The notes beneath the pieces were generated by a model. It ran no database searches. It saw nothing but the letters and a program-made list of their open reading frames with translations, and was not told where the DNA came from. This document shows, piece by piece, positions 36,750-47,026 of a stretch of DNA of 64,000 bases (the stretch's first letter is position 1; every line of letters begins with the position of its first letter). Source of the stretch: a virus; the IMG/VR virus record IMGVR_UViG_3300027754_003462. One strand, given 5' to 3'. The position numbers and the translations under genes were made by a program.

Positions 36750-37049
36750 TTATCCCAATATAAGTTTTTTGTCCGGAACTTTAATGCCTGTGGTTGCTTC
36801 GATGTATTTCATTTTAACAGCGTCTTCAGCATAGGCATAAAGTGATATGCTGTTGATATTTAGTTGTATTTCCCGCTTGATATCTGCGGTAAACAAACTG
36901 GGCACAAGTCCCATACCTTGTGGACCCGGAGCCACGCTCACAGGGTCGCTGATTGTAATCCACTCTGTGCCAGGTTTTTCTACACGGGCAATCAACTCTT
37001 CTCCAGAGTTGAGTTTGAAGGTGTACACTTGATTTTGTTCGAATTGCAT
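36750..37049 (-). CDS. conserved phage protein, Sm-like fold
   Basis: TFKLNSGEELIAR motif; YIEATTGI. Confidence 0.7.
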   Translation of the reverse strand: MQFEQNQVYTFKLNSGEELIARVEKPGTEWITISDPVSVAPGPQGMGLVPSLFTADIKREIQLNINSISLYAYAEDAVKMKYIEATTGIKVPDKKLILG

Positions 37050-37050
37050 T

Positions 37051-37722
37051 TTAAACTTTCTTTATAACGAGTTGATAATTAATCAATTTAACTTCTATAT
37101 GCTTTTGAAACATGTTTACAAAAGCATCAATAGACATCTTGGGACGATCTAACATATCTGTGGCTACCATCCAAAGATAGTCATCAAAAATCATGTATCC
37201 ATTCTTTTTTAGCAGTCCAAATGCCATCACAGCATCTGCTAACACTTCGTCTGCGCTGTGACTGCCGTCAACATAGATAAAATCAAATTGCGCATTTTCT
37301 GTTATCAACTCAGCCAAGGCATAAAAACTCAAAGTTGGCATGAGTCGAATTGTTTGCTCAGGTGCTTTGGCTAGGTCAGTATTGTGACGGAATACTTGCT
37401 CAATTAAGTTTGGTGCAGGCGCTTGGTCATTTCGAAAGGCACTGAGCGGTTCGTTTGCGAACGGATCTATACAAGTGATTGCGCCATCTTCTGTTAGTAA
37501 GTTTTCTAACATCCAACAAGTGCTCCGACCTTCGTGACACCCAATCTCTAGTATTGATGCTGGCGGTGAATCCATTTGTTCTTTGGTATATTCAAAATTA
37601 ATCAGGCCATTTGTAAACCAATCAGCAGTAAAAAATTTATTGGTTTCAAGAGTTGGTATTTTTTCTTTCAACCAGGCCATGGTCATTGATTTGGCATCAA
37701 CTGAGCCGTTTTCTAAGTTCAT
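37051..37722 (-). CDS. class I SAM-dependent methyltransferase (Methyltransf_24-like)
   Basis: LEIGCHEGRS, CIDPF, DFIYVDGSH, IFDDY. Confidence 0.88.
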   Translation of the reverse strand: MNLENGSVDAKSMTMAWLKEKIPTLETNKFFTADWFTNGLINFEYTKEQMDSPPASILEIGCHEGRSTCWMLENLLTEDGAITCIDPFANEPLSAFRNDQAPAPNLIEQVFRHNTDLAKAPEQTIRLMPTLSFYALAELITENAQFDFIYVDGSHSADEVLADAVMAFGLLKKNGYMIFDDYLWMVATDMLDRPKMSIDAFVNMFQKHIEVKLINYQLVIKKV

Positions 37723-37918
37723 TAAACCCTCCTACGAGTTCTTCATCTAAAAATACTTGTGGTAATGTTCGCGCAGTTGGCACAGCGGCCAACAAGTCTT
37801 CCTTGTCCCACCCATCCTCGATATTGCGTTCTTCAAATTCAATACCTCTAGATTCCAACAATGCCTTTGCTTGAGTGCAATAAGGGCACTGATTTTTGCT
37901 CCATACAATGGCTTTCAT
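37697..37918 (-). CDS. glutaredoxin
   Basis: CPYC, TLPQVF, VGGF; start at MKAIVW after AAGGAG. Confidence 0.93.
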   Translation of the reverse strand: MKAIVWSKNQCPYCTQAKALLESRGIEFEERNIEDGWDKEDLLAAVPTARTLPQVFLDEELVGGFNELRKRLS

Positions 37919-37919
37919 T

Positions 37920-38372
37920 TTATTCTCCTTGTAGTTGTGATGTGTCGTATGTTTTGAAAAAGATATCTTTTTTAACCGGGCCGTAATCACCCGGGCCATG
38001 ACGCACAATGTAGTCGTTGCCACGAGTGTATTCTAAGTTGCCCCAAGTGGCTTTAATTATACCGTCATGGTCTGCCAGTTTGGCCAGTTTGGTAACGCCG
38101 CCTTTTGGTGTGCCAGTGCCATCTCCGTTATCATCATACTTGCTGTGAAAGTTATCTGGATCCATAGGCCAGAATTCTCCTTTAGGACCCGGACCCATAA
38201 TGTAGTGACCCATCTTATGCGGAACAGGACCTTCTAAAGTTTTAGTAATACCGTCCTGCTTTGCAATAGTATATGGAACAGGAATAGGCTTTTTAAAAGT
38301 TTTAAATCCGCCGTCACGAAACCATGCATCTGTAACGCCTTGGTCTTCCATTAAATTAATTAAATTTCTCAT
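37920..38372 (-). CDS. PGDYG-domain protein (internal two-fold repeat)
   Basis: TLEG..YI.GPKGEFWP..F..KY and GPGDYGPVKKDIF.KTY. Confidence 0.75.
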   Translation of the reverse strand: MRNLINLMEDQGVTDAWFRDGGFKTFKKPIPVPYTIAKQDGITKTLEGPVPHKMGHYIMGPGPKGEFWPMDPDNFHSKYDDNGDGTGTPKGGVTKLAKLADHDGIIKATWGNLEYTRGNDYIVRHGPGDYGPVKKDIFFKTYDTSQLQGE

Positions 38373-39469
38373 AGTTCTGGTAACTCCTCATAATCTATAC
38401 TGTCGCTCATAATCCCAATCACATAGTTGGTTGATTCATTTTCTTGCAAGGCCGTCTGCTTCTTGCTGGTGTCCACGTGCTTGGTAAACCAAGGAATAGG
38501 CGTTGAACGTGGATGCTCTTCAGTGTACTTGATGCCAATTTCTTTGAGTGCATTGAATGCGGTGAAGTCCACAAAGTCTTTGAGAATGTTTGCATTAAGA
38601 CCAATCACTGGACCTTTGTTGAACAAATAGTCGGCCCAGGCTTTTTCTTCACGAATCACATCCAGATACATTTGGTATACTTCGCCTTCACATTCGGCCT
38701 TGACCTCAGCAAATCTTGGATCTTCTTTGATCACCTGATTGATCAACCAACCAGTCCACTCTTTGTGTAGCATTTCATCTTGCAGGATCAACTGAATGAT
38801 ATTGCCATTGCCAATGAAGATACGATTCTCTACCATGGCTAAACTTGTGGCAAATGACACCATGAAGCGGAATGCTTCTAAGGCATAACTTGCATTCAGT
38901 GCCATCCAGATGGCCTTGATGTGTTCACGTTCAGGAAACTCTTCCAGCAACTCTTTGCGACAGTTGATCATGTGTAGTCGATCATAGTAATTGCCCACAC
39001 TGGATGCCATGTCAACGATTTCTTGTGTGTCGTGAATTGTGTTGAACACATCCTTGGGCACATTGTAGATGTTGCGAATGATGTGACTGTAACTACGTGA
39101 ATGGATATTGGTTTCAAAGAATGTCCAGTTGTAGACCAAGGCTTCCAGTTCAGGAATTGAAACTACAGGTGTAAAAATTTGACTAGGGCCACGGCCTTGC
39201 AAACTGTCTAAGGCTGTTTGACGCAAGAGGTTGCTGGTGAAGATATGTTTGACTGTATCTGATGCATCTTTGAAGTCTTGTGCGTCCTTGGTCAAGGAGA
39301 TTTCTTCTGGAACCCAGAAGAAGCCACGTGCTTCTTGCTCGTACTTGACCAGTTTGTTGTATTTGACTTCTTCAAATCGTTGAATGGTTACCGGACCTGC
39401 TGGATCCAAGAACATCTTGCGACTGAGATAATCTGTTTTTGTTTTTAAATTGTATTGTTGTTTGCTCAT
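38369..39469 (-). CDS. nrdB: ribonucleotide reductase class Ia beta subunit
   Basis: FFWVPEE, LDSLQGR, ETNIHSRSY, EAFRF, DEMLH, C-terminal QE.E...Y. Confidence 0.96.
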   Translation of the reverse strand: MSKQQYNLKTKTDYLSRKMFLDPAGPVTIQRFEEVKYNKLVKYEQEARGFFWVPEEISLTKDAQDFKDASDTVKHIFTSNLLRQTALDSLQGRGPSQIFTPVVSIPELEALVYNWTFFETNIHSRSYSHIIRNIYNVPKDVFNTIHDTQEIVDMASSVGNYYDRLHMINCRKELLEEFPEREHIKAIWMALNASYALEAFRFMVSFATSLAMVENRIFIGNGNIIQLILQDEMLHKEWTGWLINQVIKEDPRFAEVKAECEGEVYQMYLDVIREEKAWADYLFNKGPVIGLNANILKDFVDFTAFNALKEIGIKYTEEHPRSTPIPWFTKHVDTSKKQTALQENESTNYVIGIMSDSIDYEELPEL

Positions 39470-40092
39470 TTGTGTTTTCCTGATGCAAGTACTATCTTGC
39501 AAATATGTTCTAATCTCTCTATGTGCTCATAGGCACGCCATGGTGTGACATCGATAGCCACAACTCCATGTCCTTTGATACCCACTATGTCGTAGGCAAT
39601 ATTGCCTGCTGGGTCTAGTCCCAGATTACGATGACAAGCATCAGCAAGTTCTTGACTGATAGGTGCTACGTCTCCCACATTCGGTGCCACTCGTGTATAA
39701 CGATTGAGTTCTGGAAATGCATTGCTGACAGTGCTAAGGTCAATGCCGGCATGCATGGCCGCAATGCAATAGGTTGGATGCACATGAACTACTACCCTAA
39801 CGTCATTACTGTGCTGACCCATTTCCTTCTGTAATCCAAAATGCAGAGGTATCTCTCCACTGGGTTTTAAGTTAGAACTGATGTCGGTATAGACTTCTTC
39901 TTGCCAATGTAGACTACTTACAATCTTAATCTTTTTGAACTGGTCCGGTTGCATGGTCTGCTTACGCACACCACTCGGAGTAATGTAAAAATGGTCACGG
40001 TCGTGATGACGTATAGAAATATTGCCATCTCTACTGGTTATCCAGTTGCGTTTGTACGCATCTACTAATATATCACAACAGGTTTCTAACAT
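39466..40092 (-). CDS. class II aldolase/adducin family protein
   Basis: DGNIS, ITPSG, PSGE..LH, HVHP, GHG. Confidence 0.9.
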   Translation of the reverse strand: MLETCCDILVDAYKRNWITSRDGNISIRHHDRDHFYITPSGVRKQTMQPDQFKKIKIVSSLHWQEEVYTDISSNLKPSGEIPLHFGLQKEMGQHSNDVRVVVHVHPTYCIAAMHAGIDLSTVSNAFPELNRYTRVAPNVGDVAPISQELADACHRNLGLDPAGNIAYDIVGIKGHGVVAIDVTPWRAYEHIERLEHICKIVLASGKHK

Positions 40093-40093
40093 G

Positions 40094-40315
40094 TTAATCG
40101 TTCCAATGTCTCAATACACCTGCTATAATAAACAGATTGGTTAGTATATAGCACAACACAATTGCTGTGCGTATATAAGCAATAAGATCTGACTCAGAGT
40201 TTGTATCGCCTGCTTTGTTACCTAATGCTTTTGCCCAGAGCCGCCATATTTTATTTTTTGGTAAAAACATAAATACCTTCCCATTTTTCTCTACCTTGTT
40301 TTTTATTGTTACCAA
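40094..40315 (-). CDS. small membrane hypothetical protein
   Basis: WRLWAKALG.KA..; TN.FI.AGV.RHW; true start uncertain. Confidence 0.7.
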   Translation of the reverse strand: MVTIKNKVEKNGKVFMFLPKNKIWRLWAKALGNKAGDTNSESDLIAYIRTAIVLCYILTNLFIIAGVLRHWND

Positions 40316-41375
40316 CGCCAGGTCTGGTGTTCAACATCATTTTTATGATGCCTTGATGTTGGAACCCCATCTGCTCCGCAGTATCAATCCATCTATCAAC
40401 TACAAAATATTCTTTGTTGCCATAACTTTTGTAGTCGGCAATGTTGGTGGCAAACACACCATCTGAATTTAATCCTTTGTGTATATTTCTCATGGTAGGT
40501 ACTGCATACAATTCAAACCAATCATCCAACGTGGTACACCTTACCATGCATTGTGTAGGCTCATCACAATACTTTTCCAAATTAAAATACGGAGGACTTG
40601 AAAATGCAAGGTCAACATCTATGGGTTCAAAATTTTCACTTGTGTCACAGTTCAATGTTGCTTTACGACCGTATGCTTCAGTGATCAGACTAGCAAGGTA
40701 TTGCAAGTTAGCGAATGTTTCTGTGTTGGGATCTATGCCTGTGTAACAGTAACCCATTTTGCTACTGGTAATACCTAGCATGCGACCACCATAGCCTGCA
40801 GAATAATCATACACATTACCCCACATCACTGGACACAGATGTTCCACAATAGATCTGGCGTTTTGTGATTTGAAGTTTTGTACATTTTCACCAGTGACCA
40901 ATTCAAGCGCCCGGCGCATGGCTGTGGGGTAAACTAACTTGTCACCTTCTCTAAATTCAAAACAAATACGTATGGCTCTTTTTAATTTGGCATCATCTAA
41001 AAATCTATCTCTTAAACTATTACTGCCTCGACCCTTGGGTTCTGCAGTCATCATGTTTGGAAACAAAAATCTATTAATGGTTTGTCCTTGATTATTACCT
41101 AGCCCCAACGTACTATTGTCTACTGAATTAACTTTTTTATCTCGAAAAAGTCTTAATTCTTTTATTAAGCCCGGTTCTGTAAAGTAATCTATGGGCACAA
41201 GATTTACAGACCTATATAGATCTTTAATTTTTTCAATTGTGCCTGCAGGATCTTTTTGATAAACATCTTTAGTGTATAAATCAAATTGATCATACAGATG
41301 TTCATACCCTGTGAAACGATCGCCGCGAATATTAGCAGGCTGGATGTTCCACTGTTGATATAAACGATCTATCAT
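40251..41375 (-). CDS. amino (N4-C/N6-A) DNA methyltransferase-like protein
   Basis: DYSAGYGGR (motif I), GIDPN, FSSPPYF (motif IV). Confidence 0.8.
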   Translation of the reverse strand: MIDRLYQQWNIQPANIRGDRFTGYEHLYDQFDLYTKDVYQKDPAGTIEKIKDLYRSVNLVPIDYFTEPGLIKELRLFRDKKVNSVDNSTLGLGNNQGQTINRFLFPNMMTAEPKGRGSNSLRDRFLDDAKLKRAIRICFEFREGDKLVYPTAMRRALELVTGENVQNFKSQNARSIVEHLCPVMWGNVYDYSAGYGGRMLGITSSKMGYCYTGIDPNTETFANLQYLASLITEAYGRKATLNCDTSENFEPIDVDLAFSSPPYFNLEKYCDEPTQCMVRCTTLDDWFELYAVPTMRNIHKGLNSDGVFATNIADYKSYGNKEYFVVDRWIDTAEQMGFQHQGIIKMMLNTRPGVGNNKKQGREKWEGIYVFTKK

Positions 41376-41398
41376 GTTTTTGTAAGCGGGCGTTCACG

Positions 41399-43714
41399 TT
41401 AAAGTTTACAGGCTTCGCAGTCTTCCTCAAGATCAAAATCAATGATTTCAAGAGGAGCCGCTTCAGCAGTTTGTTTACTACCTGCTTTGTTGATCAGGCT
41501 GTAGTAGAATGTTTTCAATCCCCAGTAGTGTGCCTGCATTAAGTTCTTGGCAATTAATGTGGTTGGTACCTTACGGTCAGCAAAGTGTGCTGGGTTATAG
41601 AATGTGTTGGTACTGATGCTTTGATCAACATAGGCCGCTAACACGGCCGCTGTTTTCAAATAACCATCACAGTCTTTCTGCGCCCACATCATTTGATACT
41701 TGTTCTTGAGTTTGTGATACTCAGGCACAACTTGTGTAAGGGAACCTGCTTTGCTTTCCTTAACGGAAATAAGACTCATGGGCATTTCAATACCATTGGT
41801 TGAGTTGATCACAACACTGGATGATTCAACCGGTGCAATGGCCATCAGTGTGGCATTGCGTACACCATATGATCTCATTTCAGCACGTAGGCCTTCCCAG
41901 TTCAGTTCAGGTGTAAAGTCGGCGAGTTCGTTGACCCCGGCGCTACGTCTCTCCCAAGGAAAGACACCTTTACCGTACCAGGTGCGGTCCGAATCTTTGC
42001 AACGGCCGCGTTCCTTTGCCAGTTCAACCGTAGCCTCTGTAAGGTAGTAGGCCTGATGTTCCATCCAAGATTTAACCTCTCCAAGAGCATCTTTGTTACC
42101 ATATTGGAGTCCGCGCTTGGCATGCCAGTAAGCAAGGTTAGTAATGCCGATACCAAGCGGCTGAATTTCGTCATTCGAAAGTTGCGATTGGATCGAGAGG
42201 AAATCTTGGTAGTCAAGAATGTTACACAGCGAGCGTTGCAAAATGCGACAAGCGCGACGCATATCCTCAGGATTACGGAACGCTCCCCAGTTAATGGACC
42301 CAAGAGTGCATAAAGCAATGCGCCCATCAGCGTCGTCCAGTCGTTTGAATGGTTTAGTTGGGAGGAGAATTTCACAGCAAAGGTTACTCTGGTAAATGGT
42401 ATGATATTCAGTGTCAAAGGGTCCTTGATTCTGAACATTGTCAATGAACACTAGATAGATACGACCTGTGTCCGTACGCTCTTTGAGTATGCCTGACTTG
42501 AACACTTCTTCTGCACTCATGACCTTGGTACGTAGGTCCTTGCGCTTTTCGTATTCAACATACAGTTTCTCAAAGCGTTCAGTGTTGGCATAGAACGCTT
42601 CGTACAGTTCGGGTACCTGGTTGGGATCAAAGAAAGTTATGTTTTCTTTGTTCTTGAATCGTCTCCAGAAAAATGCGGAAAGTACAACCCCATAGTCCAT
42701 GTGCCGGACTCGGGTTTCTTCTGTGCCTTGATTGTTTTTAAGCACAATAAGATCATCAAACTGAAGATGCCAAATAGGATAGAATACAGTAGCACTTGCA
42801 TTACGGATACCTCCTTGTGAGCATGAGCGTAAGTCACCAAACCATTTCTTCAAGAAAGGTATCATACCTGTATGCATAATCTCACCACCTCTGATGGGAC
42901 TGCCTAATGGACGTAAGCGTCCAATCTCTAGACCAATGCCAGCACGTTTGCTGGCATACTTGGCCATCATCTCACCACTAGCAAAAATACTATCCAGGTC
43001 ATCATCACTGCGAATGAGTACGCACGAACTGAATTGCTTAGTAGGGGTACCGAGACCAGCAAGGACGGGAGTAGCAAGGGTAAATAATCCATCACTTGCG
43101 GCATTGTAGTATTCCTTTATATAACGCATACGGGCTGTGTTGGGTTCTTCCTTGTGGAACACTGTGGCAGCCGCAATCATGTAACGCACTTGTGGCGTTT
43201 CATAAATCTCTTTTGTTGAGCGATTACGCACAAGATATTTTTCAATCAGTTGTTCCACTGCGGCATATGAATATTGTTCGTCTTTAACATGGTCGATCAT
43301 GTCTTCCATCTTGTTCCAGTCGTCTTCACTGTACCATTCCAACAGTTCACTAGTGTAAAGTCCTGTTTCTACATTTTTCTTTACGATTTCATACAGGTGA
43401 GGAGGATCGTATGATCCATACACATCCTTACGCAACATAGATAGTCGTTGCTTACCTGCCACATACTGATAGTTAGTGTGACCAACGTCAGGGTTTGATT
43501 CTACGTCAATCAAGTCCACAATAGCACGTAGTGTGATACCGTCAATTTCGTTTGTTGTGATACCATCATAAAAATGTAACTGGGCTTTGATCTCTATCAT
43601 GCTCTGACTTACATCTGCTATACCTGCACAAACCTTGGCTATTTGTGCTTGCCATTTTTCCAACGCCAGTGGCTCGCGACGTCCACTACGTTTTTGTACT
43701 ATAATTTGCTTCAT
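41399..43714 (-). CDS. nrdA: ribonucleotide reductase class Ia alpha subunit with ATP cone
   Basis: VQKRSG ATP cone, ATP..SSC, QGG.R, SNLCCEI, AP..SS, LKTFYY, CEAC. Confidence 0.97.
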   Translation of the reverse strand: MKQIIVQKRSGRREPLALEKWQAQIAKVCAGIADVSQSMIEIKAQLHFYDGITTNEIDGITLRAIVDLIDVESNPDVGHTNYQYVAGKQRLSMLRKDVYGSYDPPHLYEIVKKNVETGLYTSELLEWYSEDDWNKMEDMIDHVKDEQYSYAAVEQLIEKYLVRNRSTKEIYETPQVRYMIAAATVFHKEEPNTARMRYIKEYYNAASDGLFTLATPVLAGLGTPTKQFSSCVLIRSDDDLDSIFASGEMMAKYASKRAGIGLEIGRLRPLGSPIRGGEIMHTGMIPFLKKWFGDLRSCSQGGIRNASATVFYPIWHLQFDDLIVLKNNQGTEETRVRHMDYGVVLSAFFWRRFKNKENITFFDPNQVPELYEAFYANTERFEKLYVEYEKRKDLRTKVMSAEEVFKSGILKERTDTGRIYLVFIDNVQNQGPFDTEYHTIYQSNLCCEILLPTKPFKRLDDADGRIALCTLGSINWGAFRNPEDMRRACRILQRSLCNILDYQDFLSIQSQLSNDEIQPLGIGITNLAYWHAKRGLQYGNKDALGEVKSWMEHQAYYLTEATVELAKERGRCKDSDRTWYGKGVFPWERRSAGVNELADFTPELNWEGLRAEMRSYGVRNATLMAIAPVESSSVVINSTNGIEMPMSLISVKESKAGSLTQVVPEYHKLKNKYQMMWAQKDCDGYLKTAAVLAAYVDQSISTNTFYNPAHFADRKVPTTLIAKNLMQAHYWGLKTFYYSLINKAGSKQTAEAAPLEIIDFDLEEDCEACKL

Positions 43715-43716
43715 CT

Positions 43717-44142
43717 TTACCTAATTTGTTGTTGTATTTGCTCTTGCGTAATGCTGTGGTGGGTTTTGAAATGCCCTAGAGTGATATTTAACATCTGCTC
43801 CGGATCCCAATTCAGTATATATTTCTTTTTGTTCACTAGGACTAAATTGTCGCTATCTACCTCGGCCAACACAGCATCCTGCAGATCTGGTCGATCTAGC
43901 ATAGTTATAGTATACAGTATTCCCAGCCCGCGAGCAAGAGGACAATAGAGATCGTCGCTCAATAATTGCCAAGGATCGGGCCAAAGCAGTCGATCGTCCC
44001 AGTGCAAATGGTATGCTCGCCAGGGAGTTTGAAACCACCATGAGTTGATGGCAGCAAGTGCTGTTTCTGCATCAGCAGTGGAGGCTTGAGTACGGAGTTG
44101 TGCCCAACTCTCAAGCCTTTCGGCAAAAGTTTTAGGCCACAT
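43717..44142 (-). CDS. hypothetical protein, possibly transglutaminase-like
   Basis: WPDPWQLL..DLYC pattern; coupled to the tail gene. Confidence 0.65.
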   Translation of the reverse strand: MWPKTFAERLESWAQLRTQASTADAETALAAINSWWFQTPWRAYHLHWDDRLLWPDPWQLLSDDLYCPLARGLGILYTITMLDRPDLQDAVLAEVDSDNLVLVNKKKYILNWDPEQMLNITLGHFKTHHSITQEQIQQQIR

Positions 44143-45926
44143 TAGGCTAGTTTTGTGACTGAATAGTTAATAGTGCCAGAGTTGGTAGTGATATACCTCC
44201 AACTTATCACACCAGTAGATACGTTCTCGATCACACTAAAAGTGACACCTGTTGCAGAATTTTCTATACCAGAGTCACTTGATGCCAGAGCGCCGGTTGA
44301 ATCAGATGTGCTACGTACAATAGTATATGTGCCAGTTCTAACTGCATTATTGCCGTCGGTTATGATAGTGTAATCAATCTTGACTGCGGCAATATAGTTT
44401 GCGTCAAAAGTAAACAAGGTCTGAACACTGCCAGACACAGTTAAGTTATCTTGTATGCCTGCTACTCGCTGATATGTCCCCAGAGTCAACTGATTGGCAA
44501 AGTTATAAGGAGTACCACCACCATCCGAATTGTCTTGATAAAATGTGATGTTGCTCACATTCATGCCCAGTGCCACACCATTGACATTGTTCAGTTTAAT
44601 TCTTGGATGAATTACTCCATTTGAATACTGTGTGGTGCGCTCAAACATGTCGCCTACACTCACATTGTTTGTTCCGTCAATATCAATTACTGGAGTAGAA
44701 GGGTTGTCGGTTCCCAAGAAATGATTGCCCACATCATAAAACATATTGTATGCCGAACAATTGAGTCCCACGTTTACAATTGATATACCTGCATCATAGA
44801 TATTGTCAAAGTTGTTTTGTACTATACGGAACCCAGTTGGTCCCACCGCCGGTGCTGAACTATTGCCTAAGTAAACGCCTTGATATAGAGTATCAAAAGA
44901 ACAGTTGCTGAAGGTAACGCCTTCTATTTGTTCATCGGTATTGGTACCCCAGGTCATGCCGGTGAATGTGCCATGATTCCATTCTATATTACTACACACA
45001 TAACTGGCTGTGGTATCAAATCTCACACAAGCACTACCACTTGCGGTGTTGATCAAGGAACCTGCTGTTTCAGGACCGGCAACGTTGACACTTTGAAATG
45101 AGCAGTCTTGAGCGGCTTGCACAAGACCGCCGTCATGAACCATGTTGGTCATGAACTTCATGTTGGAAACTTCAAAACTTCCTGGCTGCAAAGCACCGTT
45201 GGATCCAATGTTAGCTCCGGTTTGTTGTAGACTGTCGGCGGTTCTAAAAATGTAAGGAGGTAATGTAGTAGCAGTCCAATACGCTGTGTTAGATATGGTA
45301 GTGCCAACCGGAACCAAGGCCGTGCTTCGATAATAACTGCCACCATTCTTTACCAACACACCACTGGCATAGGCCACACTGCTGGCCCAGGTCTGAACAT
45401 AAAAATAAATGATTGTGCTTTCGGGTCCATCACCATACAAGTTACAATAAGGAGGTATGTTCAGTGTGTCACTGATTATGTAGGTACCAGCAGGAAAATA
45501 TAAACTGCGACGTATTTGAGTGTTGACTTGGCGGCAATACAGTTGGTATAACGCATTGTTGATGTTGGCAGTGACATCTGTCACTCCGTCACCGGTGGCC
45601 CCAAAATCTGTGATCACTGCAAGGCTATCCAGTCTGGACTGTAGGCTCTGACTCACCGGAGTACTTGCTGTGAGGCCTGTTTGTGCAACATAATTGGCAG
45701 ATTCACCTCGGTAGGTGTATTCTGTGGAGTAACTCAAAATATCGCTGAATTCGGTTAACACCTCAGTGTTGCCCACAACAGGTGCACCTTCTTGAGTGGT
45801 GCCGTTGCCGATGTAGAGTCTGCGGGTGTCTGTTGCCCAGCCAAGTTCTGCGCCGGCCAACGGATTCGGTAGGTCAATGGCTAGACCTTTGCGTTGAGTT
45901 ATTCTTGAGATTTGTACAATTGCCAC
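44142..45926 (-). CDS. tail fibre/spike-like protein with pectate-lyase-type beta-helix
   Basis: N-terminal L..AELGW..D..RLYIG; DFGATGDGVTD..LYFPAGTY; beta-helix-like repeats. Confidence 0.8.
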   Translation of the reverse strand: MAIVQISRITQRKGLAIDLPNPLAGAELGWATDTRRLYIGNGTTQEGAPVVGNTEVLTEFSDILSYSTEYTYRGESANYVAQTGLTASTPVSQSLQSRLDSLAVITDFGATGDGVTDVTANINNALYQLYCRQVNTQIRRSLYFPAGTYIISDTLNIPPYCNLYGDGPESTIIYFYVQTWASSVAYASGVLVKNGGSYYRSTALVPVGTTISNTAYWTATTLPPYIFRTADSLQQTGANIGSNGALQPGSFEVSNMKFMTNMVHDGGLVQAAQDCSFQSVNVAGPETAGSLINTASGSACVRFDTTASYVCSNIEWNHGTFTGMTWGTNTDEQIEGVTFSNCSFDTLYQGVYLGNSSAPAVGPTGFRIVQNNFDNIYDAGISIVNVGLNCSAYNMFYDVGNHFLGTDNPSTPVIDIDGTNNVSVGDMFERTTQYSNGVIHPRIKLNNVNGVALGMNVSNITFYQDNSDGGGTPYNFANQLTLGTYQRVAGIQDNLTVSGSVQTLFTFDANYIAAVKIDYTIITDGNNAVRTGTYTIVRSTSDSTGALASSDSGIENSATGVTFSVIENVSTGVISWRYITTNSGTINYSVTKLA

Positions 45927-45945
45927 AGTAATAGTCCTTGCGATA

Positions 45946-46662
45946 TTACATATTTAGCATGTAGTACTGTTCGACCTTTTTCCACCACATGTCCCGATAA
46001 CGATCATATTCGGCGCCTTCCAGCACAAATTCCTGGTAAACTGGCCGGCCTATGATGTTATGCTGTTCATCCAAGTCAGGTTTTACGCACATCAAAATCA
46101 CGCCTTTGCGTATCCGTGTTCCATGCAATTCGTTGTGTGCTTCTGCATAGGCACACAGTTGCACAAAATAATCATCAATCCATTCACGCTTTTTGGGCTT
46201 ATTGGTTTGTTTATAGTCTAATATGGCTTCTTCATTTAGATGAATGCCAGCACCATCTGTTGTGCCTGCATATACGCTGGGGAAATATAGCGGAACTTCA
46301 ATGCCCCAAAATTCATTTACATTGGCAAGTCCTTGATCAATTACCACATCCGCCATTGCGTGACTGGGCCACGAGAAAGGATTTGATCCACGTTCTTTTC
46401 GCTCGCCTGTTTTGACATAGTGTTCAAGATACGTATGCATACGTGTGCCGCGGTTGGCAGCTTCGGTTGTGATTTGCTGGGCTTTTTCTGCGCCCACACG
46501 TCGTCGCCATTGGTTCAGTGCTTCAACTTTTTCCGGGGGTTTTGTTTTGTCTAGTATTGTGGTTACACTTGGCAAGTTATTGCCGTCTGGGGTGGCATAG
46601 TAACGCCGGCCCTCTATTGTGACTCGGGGAATGGGCTGGTAATCAAATTTTGGATTATACAT
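45946..46662 (-). CDS. PD-(D/E)xK exonuclease
   Basis: PSVTTIL, RGT.MH, E..L, AGTTD, DYK, QL.AY. Confidence 0.88.
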   Translation of the reverse strand: MYNPKFDYQPIPRVTIEGRRYYATPDGNNLPSVTTILDKTKPPEKVEALNQWRRRVGAEKAQQITTEAANRGTRMHTYLEHYVKTGERKERGSNPFSWPSHAMADVVIDQGLANVNEFWGIEVPLYFPSVYAGTTDGAGIHLNEEAILDYKQTNKPKKREWIDDYFVQLCAYAEAHNELHGTRIRKGVILMCVKPDLDEQHNIIGRPVYQEFVLEGAEYDRYRDMWWKKVEQYYMLNM

Positions 46663-46702
46663 AATTATAGTCAATTATATACTATTATAGTCCAACTGTC
46701 AA

Positions 46703-47026
46703 CTATATTCGAAAACTTTCTCCGCAACCGCAACGGTCACGTTCATTGGGGTTGGAGAATTCAAAGCCTTCGTTAAGGCCCTGGCGCACATAATCTACTG
46801 TCATGTTTTGAAGATACACATTGTCTTTTTGATTCACCAGCACCACAAACTCTGGCTGTGCATAATTGATAACATACTGTTCCGATGTGTATTCCTTGAC
46901 ATACTCTAACACATAAGCAAGCCCGGAGCAACCTGTGGTCTTGACCCCAAGGCGAATACCAGCATAGTTTTTGGCTGTGACTAACTTTTGTATTTTATTT
47001 CGAGCGGTATCACTGAACGAGATCAT
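46703..47026 (-). CDS. iscA: iron-sulfur cluster assembly protein IscA
   Basis: TGCSGLAY, F.NPN...CGCGESF. Confidence 0.95.
   Translation of the reverse strand: MISFSDTARNKIQKLVTAKNYAGIRLGVKTTGCSGLAYVLEYVKEYTSEQYVINYAQPEFVVLVNQKDNVYLQNMTVDYVRQGLNEGFEFSNPNERDRCGCGESFRI

Noticed and set aside
38369-43714. Introns or inteins in nrdA/nrdB (also helicase and ligase)
   Set aside because: The ORFs are continuous and of normal length, with no intein or homing endonuclease motifs.
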